The position numbers and the translations under genes were made by a program. Source: an uncultured Gammaproteobacteria bacterium (GTDB lineage: Bacteria > Patescibacteriota > Patescibacteriia > Magasanikbacterales > UBA922). From it: a stretch of DNA of 64,000 nucleotides. A model generated the notes under the pieces. The model did no database searches, was not told where the DNA came from, and was given only the letters and a program-made list of their open reading frames with translations. Location of the stretch: NCBI GenBank assembly GCA_964394405.1, contig CAYMVY010000001.1, positions 38,546 through 102,545 on the forward strand, in the 5' to 3' direction. Below are positions 61,364 through 64,000 of this stretch, one piece after another; position 1 is the first letter of the stretch, and the number at the start of each line of letters is the position of its first letter.

Positions 61364-62350
61364 TTATCTAATTCCAACCAACTCACGAACATCCTCCATA
61401 GTCTGTTCAGCAACAATTTTTGCTTTCTCCATGCCAACCGCAAGAATCTCAGCAACTTCATCATGTCCGCGCATAAGCTCGTCTCGACGAGCGCGAAAGT
61501 CAAAAAAGTAATCACCAATAACTCGTGCGAGTTCACTCTTCAAATCTCCGTAACGAATAGATCCGTCTTTTTCTACTTTTGCAAACTGCACATGCGCTTT
61601 TTTGTCCCCGAAAATTTTCAGCAATCCCAATAAATTAGCAACACCTGGTGACCCTTCCCCACCTTCGGTCGCAGTCACTGCTTTTTTCAACTTTTTTTCA
61701 ATCACTCCTGGCTCATCAGCAAGCTCGAGTACATGTCCCTCCCCAAGGGACTTACTCATCTTTTTGGTTGGTTCAAGTAGACTCATAACCTTTGGAGTCT
61801 CCGTAAGAATATGTTTTACTTCTGGAAAAAATTTGTCATATTTATTATTGAACCATCGCGCGATGTCTCTCGTTAATTCCACATGTTGTACCTGATCTTG
61901 TCCTACAGGAATTGCAGAACCTCGATACAGGAGAATATCTGCAGCCTGAAGAACTGGATAAGTAAAAAGTCCAGTATTAATATTCTTACTTTGACTCGCA
62001 GATTTATCTTTGAACTGTGTCATACGCTCAAGCTCGGCAATCGGCGTCACACAATTAAAAATCCAACCGAGTTCAGTGTGTTCAGGTACATGAGATTGTA
62101 CAAAAAAAGTTGATTTCTTCGGATCAATCCCGGCTGCAAGCAATTCAGATGCAGTTCGAAGTATCTGAGCTTTCCGTTCTTCTGAACTCCGATTACCTGT
62201 AAGGGCGTGTAAATCTGCAATAAAAAAATAACAATCATACTTTCCGGAATTCTGGAGATCAACCCAATTTTTTACTGCACCAAGATAATTTCCGATATGC
62301 AAATTTCCTGTTGGCTGAATACCAGAGACGATAATCTGTTTTTTTGCCAT
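61364..62350 (-). CDS. trpS: Tryptophan--tRNA ligase
   Basis: HIGH-like TGNLHIGNYLGA and KMSKS motifs; 328 aa. Confidence 0.92.
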   Translation of the reverse strand: MAKKQIIVSGIQPTGNLHIGNYLGAVKNWVDLQNSGKYDCYFFIADLHALTGNRSSEERKAQILRTASELLAAGIDPKKSTFFVQSHVPEHTELGWIFNCVTPIAELERMTQFKDKSASQSKNINTGLFTYPVLQAADILLYRGSAIPVGQDQVQHVELTRDIARWFNNKYDKFFPEVKHILTETPKVMSLLEPTKKMSKSLGEGHVLELADEPGVIEKKLKKAVTATEGGEGSPGVANLLGLLKIFGDKKAHVQFAKVEKDGSIRYGDLKSELARVIGDYFFDFRARRDELMRGHDEVAEILAVGMEKAKIVAEQTMEDVRELVGIR

Positions 62351-62467
62351 AACGCTAATCAGTTAAAGATAAATCAAGTGTACTATAGACGTGCTTTGTT
62401 TTCAATAATAGTTGTAACGGTGCAGTGGGTTGGAGGAAACTTTCCCCCAAACCCACCGCAACCAGGA

Positions 62468-62731
62468 TCAGCGCGCAGAAACCCTCAAAAAACTGATCTT
62501 CTTACCCCCTTCAGGCGGAATAATCATCTGAATGCGCCCGGAAATACCCTCGCGTTCAAAGGTTTTCAGCGCGTCATCGATAGTCCGCTCGACCTCTTCG
62601 TTGAGTGCTTCAGACGTGAAATTCACGTGGACATCAGCATTCAGAGTGAGCACATGTGGAAAGCCCATCATGTTGAAGAGGATGTGAGAAGCGAGAATTT
62701 CCGTCACATGAAACTCAACTCGATAACTCAT
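62468..62731 (-). CDS. Hypothetical small protein in GC-enriched patch F (87 aa)
   Basis: SD cgtcGGAGGGaattATG; about 50% GC versus about 40% in flanks. No confident family assignment. Confidence 0.5.
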   Translation of the reverse strand: MSYRVEFHVTEILASHILFNMMGFPHVLTLNADVHVNFTSEALNEEVERTIDDALKTFEREGISGRIQMIIPPEGGKKISFLRVSAR

Positions 62732-63046
62732 AATTCCCTCCGACGAAAGAACTGTTCAGCGTAATTCCCACTCATTGCGCTGGGATATATATACGAACAG
62801 TCATATACACATCCCAAAACAAAACTCCCCTCGAGCATAGTCGAGAGGAGTTTGAATGGTAGAGGTATTACAAACTAAACATCTGGACTATGCGAAAGCC
62901 GAGCCCAAAAGTAAAAGTAAGTATGTGTGAAAAATAATTTCATAAACTTAAAATAAGCTTACTACAGTATCTGTAATGAGTCAAATGGTAATCTCTAAAA
63001 AAATACATACACTCATAAACCTCGTCAATCCCCTGTTTATCCCATC

Positions 63047-63075
63047 AAAAAACCCTCGTAACGAGGGTTTTTTAT
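63047..63075. terminator. Bidirectional intrinsic terminator
   Basis: aaaaaaccctcgtaacgagggttttttat. Confidence 0.7.
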
Positions 63076-63078
63076 ACA

Positions 63079-64000
63079 TTAGACTTCGATCACCACAGGT
63101 AAAATCATTGGGCGCTTCTCGGTTTTTGTGAGAACATATTGCCCAATCTTGTCCCGAATATCATTTTTGATCTGATTAGTATCTGCCCAACTCTTCGGGT
63201 CTGATTCTACAACCATTTTCTTTACCCGTGATCGAATCTCTTCGATAAGTTCACGATGGTCCTTCAAAAATACAAATCCTCGAGACACGATATCCGGATT
63301 CTGGATTAATGCCCCTGACTTGGAATTAATAGTGGTGATAACAACAAGCATTCCATCTTCTGCCAATACCTGACGATCACGGAGTACAATACTCTGACTA
63401 TCGCTGATTCCCAATCCATCGACAAACACATAATCACTCGGTACTTTCTTGGCAAGCATCTTTGCTCCCTGTGGCGTCACTTCGATGACCGAACCATTGT
63501 CCGGAACAAATATCTTCTTCTCATCAAACCCGTGAGAAATCGCAAGTTTGCGAGCTTCTTTGAGAAAATAATGATTTGCATACACAGGAATAAAGTAAGT
63601 AGGTTGTACTTGTGTCAATACATCACGAATATCTTGACGTGTCGCGTGCCCAGATACATGTACATCCATCAATTGTCCATGAATTACATTATCACACTGA
63701 CGATACATGTTGTCTTTCAAGCGCTGGATTGATCGTTCATTGCCTGGAATAATAGAAGATGAGAATACCACAGTATCACTCTGCTTCAGAGTGATTGACT
63801 TGTGCTGACGATTCACAATGCGCATAAGCACTGCGTTCTCTTCGCCTTGAGCACCCGTACACAATACTACAATTCGAGTATCTGGATACTCATCGATTTT
63901 TTTCACATCGATCAATACATCATTTTTCACTTTGATATACCCTAGTTTTTTTGCCATCTCGACATTCACCTTCATACTATAGCCATCGAGTGCAACTTTT
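63079..64000 (-). CDS. rnj: Ribonuclease J (C-terminal beta-CASP and C-terminal domain; N-terminus beyond window)
   Basis: HVSGHATRQDIRDVL (beta-CASP His motif); the ORF is open to the window edge. Confidence 0.8.
   Translation of the reverse strand, partial: KVALDGYSMKVNVEMAKKLGYIKVKNDVLIDVKKIDEYPDTRIVVLCTGAQGEENAVLMRIVNRQHKSITLKQSDTVVFSSSIIPGNERSIQRLKDNMYRQCDNVIHGQLMDVHVSGHATRQDIRDVLTQVQPTYFIPVYANHYFLKEARKLAISHGFDEKKIFVPDNGSVIEVTPQGAKMLAKKVPSDYVFVDGLGISDSQSIVLRDRQVLAEDGMLVVITTINSKSGALIQNPDIVSRGFVFLKDHRELIEEIRSRVKKMVVESDPKSWADTNQIKNDIRDKIGQYVLTKTEKRPMILPVVIEV

Noticed and set aside
62351-62467. T-box riboswitch upstream of trpS
   Set aside because: The leader is only about 115 nt and lacks the conserved T-box sequence (AATTAGGGTGGNACCGCG) and a specifier-loop architecture. 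It contains only a simple hairpin.

Overview
64-kb chromosomal window from a small-genome, AT-biased bacterium (about 40% GC). Compact genes, canonical TTGACA-N17-TAnnnT promoters, an orphan 16S rRNA gene with atypical primer-site signatures, and abundant nucleotide-salvage genes are compatible with a Patescibacteria/CPR-like organism; this is low-confidence inference. RF2 is present and TGA is used as a stop, so genetic code 11. Almost all genes lie on the minus strand. Content by region: (1) the S10/spc ribosomal-protein cluster (rplX partial, rplN, rpsQ, rpmC, rplP, rpsC, rplV, rpsS, rplB, rplW, rplD, rplC, rpsJ) preceded by tuf; (2) a roughly 10-kb insertion that separates tuf from fusA-rpsG-rpsL. 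It carries a hypothetical acidic protein, a promoter/terminator-bounded structured non-coding transcript, a standalone 16S rRNA gene with its own promoter and terminator, trmD, a GC-rich two-gene cassette, and a six-gene plus-strand nucleotide-sanitation operon (C39-like peptidase, two NUDIX, MazG, HAD 5'-deoxynucleotidase, one unknown); (3) housekeeping genes: M50 protease, trhO, tRNA-Pro(GGG), ndk, UvrD-like helicase, tgt, rlmH, queA, Pif1-like helicase, DUF45 hydrolase, malic enzyme, mltG, sugar nucleotidyltransferase, PAP2, prfB, groES/groEL with a CIRCE-like operator, O-antigen-ligase-like, yidC, nusA, yraN, methyltransferases, PQQ-type dehydrogenase, ABC transporter, GATase1, sugar transferase, tdk, VOC, tRNA-Asn, DoxX, trpS, rnj (partial). 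The most unusual feature is a set of at least six short GC-rich islands (about 55-60% GC, 0.25-1.6 kb) inserted intergenically. Each carries small ORFs with strong Shine-Dalgarno sites, and most carry their own consensus sigma70 promoters. They include two paralogous roughly 140-aa proteins 45 kb apart, a family of small S/T/P-rich proteins that share a C-terminal motif, a Cys-rich mini-protein, and a degenerate HNH-nuclease-like gene. A family of AT-rich MITE-like repeats (AAAACT/AGTTTT arrays) sits in three intergenic sites. No CRISPR array, transposase or integrase was seen.
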